A DNA stretch of 64,000 nucleotides from an uncultured Spirochaetota bacterium (GCA_963783575.1 CAWAOD010000018.1:96001-160000); one strand, 5' to 3'. Numbered from the stretch's first letter, positions 30,462 through 41,168 are shown. Notes: a model not told the origin generated them from the letters alone. Numbers and translations: made by a program.

Positions 30462-31470
30462 TATTCGCCTCTTTTTTTTCAATATCAATATATTTTTGAT
30501 ACAATACCTGTTTCAATTCTGTTAAACCTGTCCCTATCAAAGCAGATATAAGAAAAACATCTTTTGATATTTTCAGAAATTGCTTCTTAAGCTTCTTTTT
30601 GTCCTTTTCATCATAAATCATATCTATTTTATTTAATGCAATAATAAAATCCCTTTGAAAAAGCTTTTCAGAATAACTTTTCAATTCATTTTGAAGAATT
30701 TGAAATTTATCCATAGATTGATCATAAGAATCCAGAATGTATAAAATTATTTTTGTCCGTTCAATATGCTTTAAAAAATCGACACCCAGGCCTTTCCCTT
30801 TATGGGCGCCTTCTATCAATCCTGGAATATCGGCAATCAATACGCTCGTATAGGCATCGTCGATTGTCATTACTCCAATATTTGGTTTCAATGTAGTAAA
30901 TGGATAATCTCCGATTTTTGGTCTAGCATTTGTGATTTTAGATATAAGTGTTGATTTACCAGCATTAGGATATCCGACAAGACCAATATGAGCAATCATC
31001 TTCAATTCAAGAAGAAGGTATTTTTCCTCTCCCGGCAGTCCTTTTTGAGCATAAAAAGGACTTTGATTTGTAGAGCTTTTAAACCACACATTCCCTCTGC
31101 CGCCTTTCCCGCCTTTCGCAGCAATAAATTCAGAATCTTTTTCAACCAAATCGGCAATCAATTCTTTATTCTCCTGTGAATAAATGACTGTTCCTGCCGG
31201 TACTTCAATAATTATTGACTCCCCCTTTCTGCCGAATTTCTGACTTCCCATCCCATTCCCGCCGTCTTGCGCTTTAAATTTTTGATTAGTATGAATATGT
31301 GAAAGTGTCCTCAAATTCGGGTTTATCTTAATTACAACCTGCCCACCGTCTCCACCGTCTCCTCCATCTGGACCGCCGAATGGTATGTATTTTTCTCTCC
31401 TGAATGTCGCCGCACCAGCTCCTCCTTTCCCTGCTTTTATAAAAATTTTAACTTCATCTTTAAAAATCAT
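30433..31470 (-). CDS. obgE: GTPase ObgE (short form)
   Basis: FRREKYIPFGGPDGGDGG, GYPNAGKST, YPFTT, DIPGLIEGA, NKID. Confidence 0.96.
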   Translation of the reverse strand: MIFKDEVKIFIKAGKGGAGAATFRREKYIPFGGPDGGDGGDGGQVVIKINPNLRTLSHIHTNQKFKAQDGGNGMGSQKFGRKGESIIIEVPAGTVIYSQENKELIADLVEKDSEFIAAKGGKGGRGNVWFKSSTNQSPFYAQKGLPGEEKYLLLELKMIAHIGLVGYPNAGKSTLISKITNARPKIGDYPFTTLKPNIGVMTIDDAYTSVLIADIPGLIEGAHKGKGLGVDFLKHIERTKIILYILDSYDQSMDKFQILQNELKSYSEKLFQRDFIIALNKIDMIYDEKDKKKLKKQFLKISKDVFLISALIGTGLTELKQVLYQKYIDIEKKEANNENTAAGSI

Positions 31471-31505
31471 TATTGCCTTCTAAATAAAAATAAGAATAAT
31501 GCTTA

Positions 31506-32735
31506 CTAAAATTTAATTTTTTTAATTCTTTCAATAGCTTCTTCAATGTGCTCTCTTTTACCGAAAGCTGTCATTCTAACATATCCTTCACCATTTTTAC
31601 CGAATCCAGCTCCAGGAGTCACTACCACCTGAAATTGATTTAGCAGTAAATCGAAAAATTCCCATGATGCCATATCTTCAGGAGTTTTAATCCAGATATA
31701 TGGAGCATTTATCCCGCCTTCGCATTTTAACCCCAGAGAAGAAATCCCTTCACGGATTATTTTTGCATTATTAAGATAATAATCAACAATTGCTTTCGTT
31801 TCCCGCTTCCCCTGTTCAGTAAATACCTGATAAGCGGCTTTTTGAATTATATATGCCACTCCGTTAAATTTTGTGGATTGTCTTCTGTACCATAAATCTC
31901 TGATTGAGTAGGTATTCCCATCTCGGTCATACCCGATTAATTTTTTTGGAATTATTGTATACCCGCACCTTGTTCCTGTAAAACCTGCGGTTTTTGATAG
32001 ACTACGAAATTCAATAGCAACATTTACAGCTCCTTCAATCTCAAATATGCTATGAGGAATCCCTTCTTCCCTGATAAAAGCTTCATATGCCGCATCATAA
32101 AGTATAAGAGCTTTATTATTTTGTGCATAATCCACCCATTTTTTTAGTTCATTTTTAGTTAATACAGCTCCTGTTGGATTATTCGGGTAACAAAGATAGA
32201 TAATATCAACCTTTCCGCTAGGTAAATCTGGTTTAAAATCATTTTTCCAATTACATGGGAGATATACAATATTTTCATAACTGCCATTGATATACCTGCC
32301 TGATCTTCCTGCCATTACATTACTGTCAATATAAACCGGATAAACCGGATCGGTTATTGCTATCTTTGCGTCATCGGCAAAAATTTCCTGAATATTTGCA
32401 GTGTCCTCTTTTGAGCCTGTTGTAATAAATATTTCTTCAGAAGTGATATTAACACCTCGACGTTTAAAATCAGAGTCCTGGATGATATCTCTAAGAAATT
32501 CATATCCCTCATCCGAGCGATAGCCTTTGAAAGTATCGGGTTTTGCCATTTCATCAACAGCATCTTTCAATCCTTTTATAATTGAAGGTGGCAAAGGTTC
32601 TGTCACATCTCCAATACCAAGAGATATTACTTTCAATCCGGGGTTATTTTTTTGAAATTCACTCACTCTTTTTGCTATTTCAGCAAATAGATAACCACCC
32701 TGTAAATTCGTAAAATTTTCATTAATCTTAATCAT
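31506..32735 (-). CDS. dapL: LL-diaminopimelate aminotransferase
   Basis: MIKINENF..YLFAEI, LGIGDVT, DPVYPVY, PNNPTG, DAAYEAFI, SLSKTAGFTGTRCG, TPGAGFG; RBS GAGGT before ATG 32735. Confidence 0.95.
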   Translation of the reverse strand: MIKINENFTNLQGGYLFAEIAKRVSEFQKNNPGLKVISLGIGDVTEPLPPSIIKGLKDAVDEMAKPDTFKGYRSDEGYEFLRDIIQDSDFKRRGVNITSEEIFITTGSKEDTANIQEIFADDAKIAITDPVYPVYIDSNVMAGRSGRYINGSYENIVYLPCNWKNDFKPDLPSGKVDIIYLCYPNNPTGAVLTKNELKKWVDYAQNNKALILYDAAYEAFIREEGIPHSIFEIEGAVNVAIEFRSLSKTAGFTGTRCGYTIIPKKLIGYDRDGNTYSIRDLWYRRQSTKFNGVAYIIQKAAYQVFTEQGKRETKAIVDYYLNNAKIIREGISSLGLKCEGGINAPYIWIKTPEDMASWEFFDLLLNQFQVVVTPGAGFGKNGEGYVRMTAFGKREHIEEAIERIKKIKF

Positions 32736-32766
32736 ACTTTCAGACCTCATTTTCAAATAATACAAT

Positions 32767-32782
32767 TGTTTTACGTGAAACA
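32767..32782. promoter_or_regulatory. parS site (one mismatch)
   Basis: TGTTTTACGTGAAACA versus consensus TGTTTCACGTGAAACA; lies between parB and dapL. Confidence 0.75.
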
Positions 32783-32958
32783 ATTTCTTTATAAATAAAA
32801 TTTTTTTACTTTAACATAAATTGTGAAATCCCTAAATGTTGTAAATATTTTAAATTGTCATCCAGAGCGGAGACTAGGGATGACTAATATAATATTGAAA
32901 GGCCTGAGATGTTACTAATTATATACACAAAATTTTATAAAAATTCGATGCAAAATTA

Positions 32959-33819
32959 TTATTGTTTCGGTGAAATTAATCTATAAATATTTTCCAATTC
33001 TTCTTTTGAGAAATAATGAATTTCAATTTTACCTTTCTTTTGGTTTCCCTTAATCTCAACTTTTGACCCAATAGTTTTTATCAAAATCTCCTGAAGTTCC
33101 TCGATTTTATCATCCTTTAACTTGTGTGTTTCACGTGAAACAATTTCTTTAGGCATATTTTGTAAATTTTTTGCCTTTTTCTCGGTTTCCCTTACTGACA
33201 ATCCGTTTTCAATTATAAATCTAGTAAAATTTATTATCTTGTCGATATCATCGATGATTAAAAGAGCTCTAGCATGTCCTTCAGTTATTTCTCCATCAAT
33301 AATTTTATCACGGACAAATTCTGGTAACTTTAATAATCGTAAAGTGTTAGCAATTGAGCTTCTGTTTTTCCCGATTTTTTTTGCGAGATCTTCCTGAGTT
33401 AAATTCAATCTTTCCATTAATTCTTTATATGCCAGCGCCTCTTCAATGGAATTCAAATCCTCTCTTTGAATGTTCTCGATTAATGCGATTTCCAGTTTAT
33501 CCTCATCGGAAATCGCTTTAATAATTACAGGTATTTCAAATAGACCGGCTAATTTTGCGGCCTTAAGACGTCTTTCACCGGCAATCAACTCATACCTGCC
33601 GTCTCCTAAATCCGAAACAATGATTGGCTGTATAACTCCCTTTTCTTTAATTGAATCGGAAAGTTCTTTTAAAGATTCTTCATTGAAGTTTTTTCTTGGC
33701 TGATAGCGATTTGGGATAATTGTATTTATATCAACTGAATTAATCTGGTTTTTATCAATTTCATGGAATTCATTTTCATCGACCAGTGCCATCATTCCTC
33801 TTCCTAAGCCATGTTTCAT
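32959..33819 (-). CDS. parB: Chromosome partitioning protein ParB/Spo0J
   Basis: GLGRG, PNRYQPRKNF, GVIQPI, IAGERR, ENIQREDL, HTH, GHARAL. Confidence 0.96.
   Translation of the reverse strand: MKHGLGRGMMALVDENEFHEIDKNQINSVDINTIIPNRYQPRKNFNEESLKELSDSIKEKGVIQPIIVSDLGDGRYELIAGERRLKAAKLAGLFEIPVIIKAISDEDKLEIALIENIQREDLNSIEEALAYKELMERLNLTQEDLAKKIGKNRSSIANTLRLLKLPEFVRDKIIDGEITEGHARALLIIDDIDKIINFTRFIIENGLSVRETEKKAKNLQNMPKEIVSRETHKLKDDKIEELQEILIKTIGSKVEIKGNQKKGKIEIHYFSKEELENIYRLISPKQ
33127..33142. promoter_or_regulatory. parS site (perfect) inside parB
   Basis: Perfect palindrome TGTTTCACGTGAAACA, encoding VSRET in ParB. Confidence 0.9.
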
Positions 33820-33823
33820 ACAT

Positions 33824-34590
33824 TTAACCTGCTTTCTTTAAAAATTCTTTCCCGAACTTCAGATAAGTTTCTGCTCCCTGACTTTTATAATCATATTCAT
33901 AAATTGCCAGGCCATGGCTTGGAGCTTCGGATAATCTTACATTTCTTGGAATTATTGTTTCATAAACTTTTTCTTTGAAGTAATTCCTGACTTCCTCCAG
34001 CACCTGTTTTGACAGGTTTGTTCTTGAATCATACATTGTAACAAGAACTCCTTCAATAGCAAGTTCTTTATTTAACCCACTTTTGACAAGTTTTATAGCC
34101 TTTAAGAGCTGCGCCAATCCTTCCATAGCGTAAAATTCGCTCTGCATCGGGATAAGAACACTGTCTGCAGCTACAAGGCCATCAAGTGTAAATAATCCGA
34201 GTGAAGGTGGAGTATCAATTAAAACATAATCAAAATCGTTTTTTATTTCATTTATAGCATCTTTTAATATAAATTCCTTTTTCGGAATATTTAACAATTC
34301 GATTTGACTCCTGCAAGATCCATTGTTACCGGAACAAGTTTTAAATATGGATATTTTGTCTCAATGATCACATCTTTGATTTTTTTATGGCCAATTAAAA
34401 CTTCATAAATACCATTTCCCTGCCGGTCTCTAATATTAATTCCTAATCCGCTGCAGGAATTTCCCTGAGGATCGATATCCACAAGTAAAGTCTTTTTCTG
34501 GGCATTGGATAAAAAAGCCGCTAAATTAATTGCAGTTGTTGTTTTTCCAACTCCGCCTTTTTGATTTGCTATTACTATTATTTTTGCCAT
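33824..34590 (-). CDS. parA: Chromosome partitioning ATPase ParA/Soj (frameshift at ~34306-34308)
   Basis: NQKGGVGKTTT and DIDPQGN in the 5' ORF; DTPPSLG, PMQSEFYAMEG, IPRNVRLSEAPSHG in the 3' ORF. Adding one base restores DLAG[A/V]QIELL. Confidence 0.92.
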
Positions 34591-34691
34591 TCCAAGACCT
34601 CCAATGTTGCTCTTATCAAACTATGATTATAAATAAGAACTTATAAAAATTCAATATTGAACAGACTTTCTCCATAAAGATTGAGTGAAAA

Positions 34692-35444
34692 TCATTCTTT
34701 TAATTTAACATAAACGGCAGTTGGACCGGAATTGTCTTGAAATTTCAATTCAAAAACATTGTTATAGGATTTGATTAATTTTACTAATTGTGTAAAACCA
34801 TATGTCCTGGGATCAAAGCCCGGATCTAGCTGATGAAGATAAATACCAAGGGTTGACAAATGCGCCCAACCATCTTCCTGAACTGCCATTTGAAATGCTT
34901 CTTTCAGCAATGGGATTGGATTTAATATTTCTTCATTTTTTATGTTGGCTTCTTTTTTAGTTGCTTTTGACTTTTTATTACTTATTTCATGTTCAAGAAT
35001 ATTTTCATTATAGATAAACACATTACAAGCGTTTACAAATGATTTCGGTGTCTTTTTTTCACCGATCCCAATTACAAACATACCAGCTTCTCTTATCCTT
35101 GTAGCAAGCCTTGTGTAATCGCTATCGCTCGAGACAATACAGAAGCAATTGACAAGACCACTATGAAGAACATCCATTGAATCAATGATCATGGCGCTGT
35201 CTGTCGCATTTTTACCAATTGTGTATCGGAATTGTTGGATAGGCTGAATAGCATGATTATTAAGTTCCTCCTTCCAGCCGTTCATATTTGCCGTTGTCCA
35301 ATCACCGAAAATTCTTCTGATTGTAACAGCTCCATATTTACCGGCTTCCAGTAGAATTTTGTTAATTAGATTCGGCCTAGCATTATCTCCGTCGATCATC
35401 AAAGCAATTTTATACCTATTGTTTTCTGTAAATTGATCCGACAT
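34692..35444 (-). CDS. NYN (LabA/PIN-like) domain protein with C-terminal OST-HTH/LOTUS domain
   Basis: IDGDN, GKNATDSAMIID, VSSDSDYTRL, DGWAHLSTLG..PGFDPRTYGF. Confidence 0.88.
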   Translation of the reverse strand: MSDQFTENNRYKIALMIDGDNARPNLINKILLEAGKYGAVTIRRIFGDWTTANMNGWKEELNNHAIQPIQQFRYTIGKNATDSAMIIDSMDVLHSGLVNCFCIVSSDSDYTRLATRIREAGMFVIGIGEKKTPKSFVNACNVFIYNENILEHEISNKKSKATKKEANIKNEEILNPIPLLKEAFQMAVQEDGWAHLSTLGIYLHQLDPGFDPRTYGFTQLVKLIKSYNNVFELKFQDNSGPTAVYVKLKE

Positions 35445-35623
35445 ACTATCCCCTTGAATATAATATCAATAATCAATAAATAATTATGACTTCTTTTTCC
35501 CAAACATTCAATATAATAGGTAATTTAAATACTGATTAAAACAACTTTATATTTTTGGCGAGTTATTATATAATAATACTTAAAATTATTTAAGTGAATC
35601 AGAATTAATAGTGAGGTTTTATT

Positions 35624-36883
35624 ATGACAATTTCAAATGCAAATGAGTATATAGTTAAAATAGCAAAGAATGCCAAAGATGTTTCTCTTGAAGTCGCTTC
35701 CATGAATACCAAAGATAAAAATAATGCCCTTATGTCTATACAAAAGAATATTTTAAATAATATTGATACTATAATCACTGAAAATAAAAAAGATATAGAA
35801 TTCGCAATATCAGCCGGCAAGAGCAAAGCTTTTACGGATAGGTTATTACTGGATGAAGGAAGAATAAAATCTATGGTTTCTTCTATACAGGAAGTAATTG
35901 GACTTCCTGATCCCGTCGGAAGCGGAAATTGGATCACCCGCCGGCCAAATGGCTTAAAAATTCAAAAAATTCGAGTTCCGATAGGAGTAGTAGCTATGAT
36001 CTATGAATCCAGGCCAAATGTAACATGTGACGCATCAAGTCTTACTCTAAAATCGGGTAATACCGTTATACTCCGCGGCGGTAAGGAATCTATTCATTCT
36101 AATATTATTATTGCAAATTTAATCAGGGCAGGGTTAAAAACCGCCGGTTTTCCGGAGGACTCCGTGCAATTGATAGAACGGACCGAACATGAAATTGTTG
36201 ACGAAATGCTGAAGCTAAATGATTATATTGATGTTGTAATTCCAAGAGGAGGAGAAAGTCTGATTAAATCTGTTATTGAAAAATCCAATATACCGGTAAT
36301 CAAACATGACAAAGGACTCTGCCATGTTTTTATAGATGAATCTGCAAACAGGGAAAAGGCTGAAAAAATAACCATAAATGCAAAATGCCAGAAACCATCG
36401 GTATGTAATGCCATGGAAACTCTGTTAATCCAAGAAAATTATCCGTATTGGAAAGAACTAATTACAGAATTATTGAATAATAGATTAGAAGTAAGAGCCG
36501 ATGATAAAATTTGCAGTATTTTTAAAAGCCTGAAACTGGCGACAGAAGAAGATTGGCATACTGAATATCTTGATTATATCATTTCAGTTAAATTAGTCAG
36601 AGATGTAAAAGAAGCTATCCGGCATATAAATTTTTACGGTTCACACCTATCCGATGCGATAGTCAGCGAAAATTATGACAATATACAGCTTTTTTTGGAC
36701 AGAGTTGACAGTGCTACAGTATACGCCAATGCTTCAACAAGATTTACGGATGGCGGAGAATTTGGGCTTGGAACAGAAGTTGGAATCTCTACACAAAAAC
36801 TTCATGCCAGAGGTCCAATGGGTCTTGAATCTCTAACAACAGAAAAATGGATAATTTATGGCAATGGTCAGATAAGGGAATAA
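35624..36883 (+). CDS. proA: Gamma-glutamyl phosphate reductase
   Basis: RVPIGVVAMIYESRPNVT, LRGGKE, IPRGG, CNAMETLL, NASTRFTDG, GISTQKLHARGPMGL. Confidence 0.96.
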   Translation: MTISNANEYIVKIAKNAKDVSLEVASMNTKDKNNALMSIQKNILNNIDTIITENKKDIEFAISAGKSKAFTDRLLLDEGRIKSMVSSIQEVIGLPDPVGSGNWITRRPNGLKIQKIRVPIGVVAMIYESRPNVTCDASSLTLKSGNTVILRGGKESIHSNIIIANLIRAGLKTAGFPEDSVQLIERTEHEIVDEMLKLNDYIDVVIPRGGESLIKSVIEKSNIPVIKHDKGLCHVFIDESANREKAEKITINAKCQKPSVCNAMETLLIQENYPYWKELITELLNNRLEVRADDKICSIFKSLKLATEEDWHTEYLDYIISVKLVRDVKEAIRHINFYGSHLSDAIVSENYDNIQLFLDRVDSATVYANASTRFTDGGEFGLGTEVGISTQKLHARGPMGLESLTTEKWIIYGNGQIRE

Positions 36884-36952
36884 TTCCTTATTATATGCTT
36901 ATATAAAAATTAAATATTTTATTGTTTAATCAAATCCAAAGGAGGGTTAGAA

Positions 36953-38161
36953 GTGGCACTAATAGTCCAGAAATATGGCGGCACATCAGTTGGAGATGTG
37001 GAAAGAATTAAAAATGTGGCTCAAAAGGTTATTGCAATTAAGAAGCAGGGCAATGATGTCGTTGTTGTTGTTTCTGCTATGAGTGGTACAACGGATTTTT
37101 TAATTAATCAGGGCAAACAAATCACACCTACCCCGTCAAAAAGAGAGATGGATATGCTGGTTTCAACCGGTGAGCAGGTTACAACAGCACTTCTTTCTAT
37201 TGCAATCCACAGCCTGGGGGTCGATGCTATTTCATATAATGCAATACAAATTGGAATAAAAACTACTTCAGATTTCACTAAAGCAAAAATTCTTGATATA
37301 AATACTGAAAGAATTACATCTTCATTGAAAGAAAATAAAATTGTAGTAATTGCCGGGTTTCAAGGTATGGATGAAAATATGAACATTACCACTCTTGGAC
37401 GTGGTGGCTCCGATACAACTGCCGTTGCAGTTGCCGCTGCATTGAAAGCCGACAGATGCGATATTTATACTGATGTTGACGGGGTTTATACAGCCGACCC
37501 TAGAATCGTAAAAGAGGCTAAGAAATTAAAAATAATTACTCATGATGAAATGCTTGAATTGGCTTCAATGGGAGCAAAAGTTTTACATGACAGATCGGTA
37601 ATATTTGCAATGAAATATGGTGTACCTTTAAGGGTTTTATCGACTTTTATAGAAAATGAAGGAACTTTAGTAGTAAAGGAGAGCAAAGATATGGAAGATC
37701 TTGTAATAACTGGAATAGCAAAAAAGATTGATGAAACAAGAATAAATATTTCAGGAATACCTGATAAGCCAGGTGTTGCAGCCAATATTTTCAAAAAACT
37801 TGGAGATAATAATATCAATGTAAATATGATAGTACAGAGTGTTGGAAAAGATGCAATTAGTCAGATTTCATTTACTGTTCTGTCAAATGATATTCAGGAC
37901 ACTAAAAAAATCATGGAGAAATTGAAAGAGGAATTAAATGCCGAAGATGTTTCTTATAATGATGATATTGCGATCGTTTCCGTAGTAGGTATAGGGATGA
38001 GAGCCCATACCGGAGTAGCTGCTGCGGTTTTTGAGGAATTGGCATTGAATAAAATCAATATTGAGATGATATCCACATCTGAAATTAAAATATCTGTTGT
38101 TATAAAAAAAGAAATGGCAGATGAAACAATAAGACTGCTACACAAACGTTTTATTAGATAA
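36953..38161 (+). CDS. lysC: Aspartate kinase
   Basis: IVQKYGGTSV, VVSAM, AGFQG, TTLGRGGSDTTA, TDVDGVYTADPR, two ACT domains; GTG start with RBS GGAGG. Confidence 0.95.
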   Translation: MALIVQKYGGTSVGDVERIKNVAQKVIAIKKQGNDVVVVVSAMSGTTDFLINQGKQITPTPSKREMDMLVSTGEQVTTALLSIAIHSLGVDAISYNAIQIGIKTTSDFTKAKILDINTERITSSLKENKIVVIAGFQGMDENMNITTLGRGGSDTTAVAVAAALKADRCDIYTDVDGVYTADPRIVKEAKKLKIITHDEMLELASMGAKVLHDRSVIFAMKYGVPLRVLSTFIENEGTLVVKESKDMEDLVITGIAKKIDETRINISGIPDKPGVAANIFKKLGDNNINVNMIVQSVGKDAISQISFTVLSNDIQDTKKIMEKLKEELNAEDVSYNDDIAIVSVVGIGMRAHTGVAAAVFEELALNKINIEMISTSEIKISVVIKKEMADETIRLLHKRFIR

Positions 38162-38497
38162 ATAATTTTCTCTTGCTAATTATTTATACCTTTAATAAAT
38201 TGAATTGGACCGACAAACTATAATTTACTGGCTGAGTATATTTATCAGAACAAATATTATTATTTTCATATAATCCATCTTTTTCAGTTCTTTTCTTCAC
38301 GGCTTAAATTAACAATGAAAATAAGCAAATTAGCCTAAATAAAATATAAATAATTAGCATTGTAATTAAATGCGATTTAATTTATGATGATAATCTTGAT
38401 TTGTTATGCAAAAAGAAACTCCTTTTATTAATTTTTTTATAAAAAATGCAGATAATATAGTTGGGTATTCTAATATCATAATTCCGGAGTATAAGAC

Positions 38498-39379
38498 ATG
38501 TTAAAATATTATTTATTATTATCAATTCTTTTCATCACTATTCAAGTAATTTATTCTCTTGATATTGATGAAGCAAAATATAATCTCGGAACAAAATTAT
38601 TTAATCAAAAACTTTACAGTGAAGCTATAGAAGAATATCACGATTTGATTGAAAAATATCCATATACAAAATATTTTAATAAATCAATATTGAATATGGC
38701 AAAATCCTATTATAATATTTGTAATTTTGAAAAAGCCTTAAATTTATATAAAATACTTGGGAATAAGGCTGAAAACGATTCAGAAAAAAAAATCTCGTTA
38801 CTTGGAAAAGGAGAAAGTTATTATAAACTAAAAATTTGGAACGAAGCAGCTTTATCCTATATGAACTTTGCAATAAAATATACAAACTCGTCATCTTGTC
38901 CTTTGGCTCTTTATTATTCGGCAAAATCACTTGAAAATCTTGGATTAATATCAAATGCAATCAAAATTTATAACAGTCTAATTGATGAATACCCGCAAAG
39001 CATCTATTATATGGATTCTATTAATCGTATAAATGATCTGGAAGAAAAGTTAAAAAAACAATTTTCTTCTGCCGATAATACTAATTTTATTACTAATAAT
39101 TCAATTGTCACCAATTTAATTACTATTAATGAAACAAATTATGAAGCAAAGATACAAACAAACGAAATAATAATAAGTAATACAATTTTATTAACACAAA
39201 GTATTGAAATTTTAGATTCTAATTCCCTTATATTAGAAAAGGAAAAAAATGAAAGTGTAAAAAGACAGGAAGAGATAGAAAGATTACAGGCTTTAATTGA
39301 TCTTAAAGCTAAACTTCTTGATTTAAAGGAAAAAGCGATCAAAGAAAAAAATAATCTTATTGTTAATACTAATGACTAG
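38498..39379 (+). CDS. Exported TPR protein (BamD/CpoB-like repeats) with coiled-coil tail
   Basis: Signal peptide; AKYNLG..YSEAIEEY..LIEKYP, ALYYSA..LIDEYPQS. Confidence 0.7.
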   Translation: MLKYYLLLSILFITIQVIYSLDIDEAKYNLGTKLFNQKLYSEAIEEYHDLIEKYPYTKYFNKSILNMAKSYYNICNFEKALNLYKILGNKAENDSEKKISLLGKGESYYKLKIWNEAALSYMNFAIKYTNSSSCPLALYYSAKSLENLGLISNAIKIYNSLIDEYPQSIYYMDSINRINDLEEKLKKQFSSADNTNFITNNSIVTNLITINETNYEAKIQTNEIIISNTILLTQSIEILDSNSLILEKEKNESVKRQEEIERLQALIDLKAKLLDLKEKAIKEKNNLIVNTND

Positions 39380-39400
39380 AAAATAAAGTCAGGATTTAAT

Positions 39401-41059
39401 ATGAAATGGCTAAAATGGAATATTCTATTCCTTATACTAATATTAAATATAATTTCTCTAGGTTTTTCAGATGTTATATCATTATCCGGAAAAAGAATTG
39501 CTTTTTTCCTGGATGATAAAACCGGAAATTTTTATCTTGAAAATCCCAATCCTAAATCGAAAGATTTTAAAGATCTTCTTTTTAAAGATATGCCACCAAC
39601 ATCTTACATTACTTTGATCATTGATGAAAAACCTTACAGGCTAAACGATTCAAAATTGAAAGCTGTTCAATCATTTATTGTCTCTGACAATAATATTATC
39701 GGAAATTATATGCTTAATAAATACAGCATCCGGGTAACTTTTATGATTACGAACCTTTCTTTAAAAGATTATGATTCCATAGTCTGTATTGTGTCTGCAA
39801 AAAATAACTCAGATAAACAGGCGTTATTTGGAGCCAGATTTCTGTTTGATACTGTATATGGTGAATCATCAAAGAAAGTAAACCTTTATTTTTCAAGTGG
39901 TGAAAAAATAGAATATGATAGAATAATAAATCAGGAAAATATACCATCATTTGTTTTTAGCGGACTGCCTGATTCAGAAAACCAAGAATTTGGTTATGGC
40001 TTGTTTATTTATCCATCACTAAATGAGTTAAAGCCTGATTCAATGATAATTGGAAACTGGAAGATGCTTGATGAAAAAGAAATAGATTATACTGTCAACC
40101 CACTTGCCAGATTCAGATATAACCAATTTTCCAGCCCAGATGCAGCCATTGCATTGTTATATAAAAGCATAAATGTAAAAACCGGCGAAGAAATTAATTT
40201 TGGAACAATTTTATCAAGCTCAAAACTTCCAATAGTTAATATTAAATTGATTGATGCCATTGTTACATCAAAAATATTAACTCCTAATCTCTCAAATACT
40301 AATCTGGGGGTAGCCTCAGGCATTATTGCATCTACAAATACATTTTTAAATGCAAATTTTATACAAAATACGAACTTAATAAGATCTCAAATAGACATCT
40401 TGGATAGAATATCATTATTGATTGATAAAATTGATGCTTTTATCACAAATACGAATTCAATACAGCAAAAAAATGTTACTGAAATTGAGAAATCAAGTCT
40501 GGGAAAAGGATTAGATAAATCAATGACAAGAGTTACAATAGGAGATCCCTTTCAAAATGAAAGTTTAGAAGAAAAATCATATAAATCAATTAACAGGAAG
40601 GAACCTGAATCAAAAGAAAGTCCTAATAATTTATCACAAGGAAATAAAATCCAAAACACATTCACAAATACCGTTAATCTTGATGCAGGCACAAATCAAA
40701 AAGATGTTGATAACCTCATCGGAGGTTTAAAAGAGGAAAGACAAAAGCTCCAGAAACAATATGAAGACAAAATTGCTTCTTTACAGGAATATTATCAAAA
40801 TTTATTAAAAGAACAGGAAAACGAATATAAAAATTCTTCGATTGATTATAAGGAGAAGATTGAAGAAAAAGAAAAAATAAAGAATTGGAATCAAAGATTT
40901 ACTAATATCGATAATACATTAATTTCTATAGATCAAAAGATTGCAATAATAGAAGAGCTTCTTCAGTTAGATCTGGATTTTGAAAGTATGCCTGCCGATA
41001 AAATGGAAAGCATTAGCCAAACCATCAATAACATTGAAAAAAAAATAAGCAATAATTAA
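39401..41059 (+). CDS. Exported hypothetical protein (beta-rich N-terminal domain, low-complexity linker, C-terminal coiled coil)
   Basis: 552-aa ORF with signal peptide; no family recognised. Confidence 0.7.
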   Translation: MKWLKWNILFLILILNIISLGFSDVISLSGKRIAFFLDDKTGNFYLENPNPKSKDFKDLLFKDMPPTSYITLIIDEKPYRLNDSKLKAVQSFIVSDNNIIGNYMLNKYSIRVTFMITNLSLKDYDSIVCIVSAKNNSDKQALFGARFLFDTVYGESSKKVNLYFSSGEKIEYDRIINQENIPSFVFSGLPDSENQEFGYGLFIYPSLNELKPDSMIIGNWKMLDEKEIDYTVNPLARFRYNQFSSPDAAIALLYKSINVKTGEEINFGTILSSSKLPIVNIKLIDAIVTSKILTPNLSNTNLGVASGIIASTNTFLNANFIQNTNLIRSQIDILDRISLLIDKIDAFITNTNSIQQKNVTEIEKSSLGKGLDKSMTRVTIGDPFQNESLEEKSYKSINRKEPESKESPNNLSQGNKIQNTFTNTVNLDAGTNQKDVDNLIGGLKEERQKLQKQYEDKIASLQEYYQNLLKEQENEYKNSSIDYKEKIEEKEKIKNWNQRFTNIDNTLISIDQKIAIIEELLQLDLDFESMPADKMESISQTINNIEKKISNN

Positions 41060-41168
41060 AAAAGTTACATATCTTTAATACAACAAAATTACATTATAAA
41101 AAATCGTTTATTTCAATTTATATTTAGCTTTTTTTTTAAAATATGGTTATTATTTTAGAGGGAATATT

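Noticed and set aside
32736..32783. dapL extension starting MFHVKQ
   Set aside because: This is translation of the parS palindrome; the RBS and family N-terminus support ATG 32735.
32790..32958. Lysine or SAM-I riboswitch upstream of dapL (TCATCCAGAGCGG resembles a SAM-I 5' end)
   Set aside because: Wrong strand for dapL, and the remaining SAM-I (GCAACC, GTGC) and lysine-riboswitch elements are missing.
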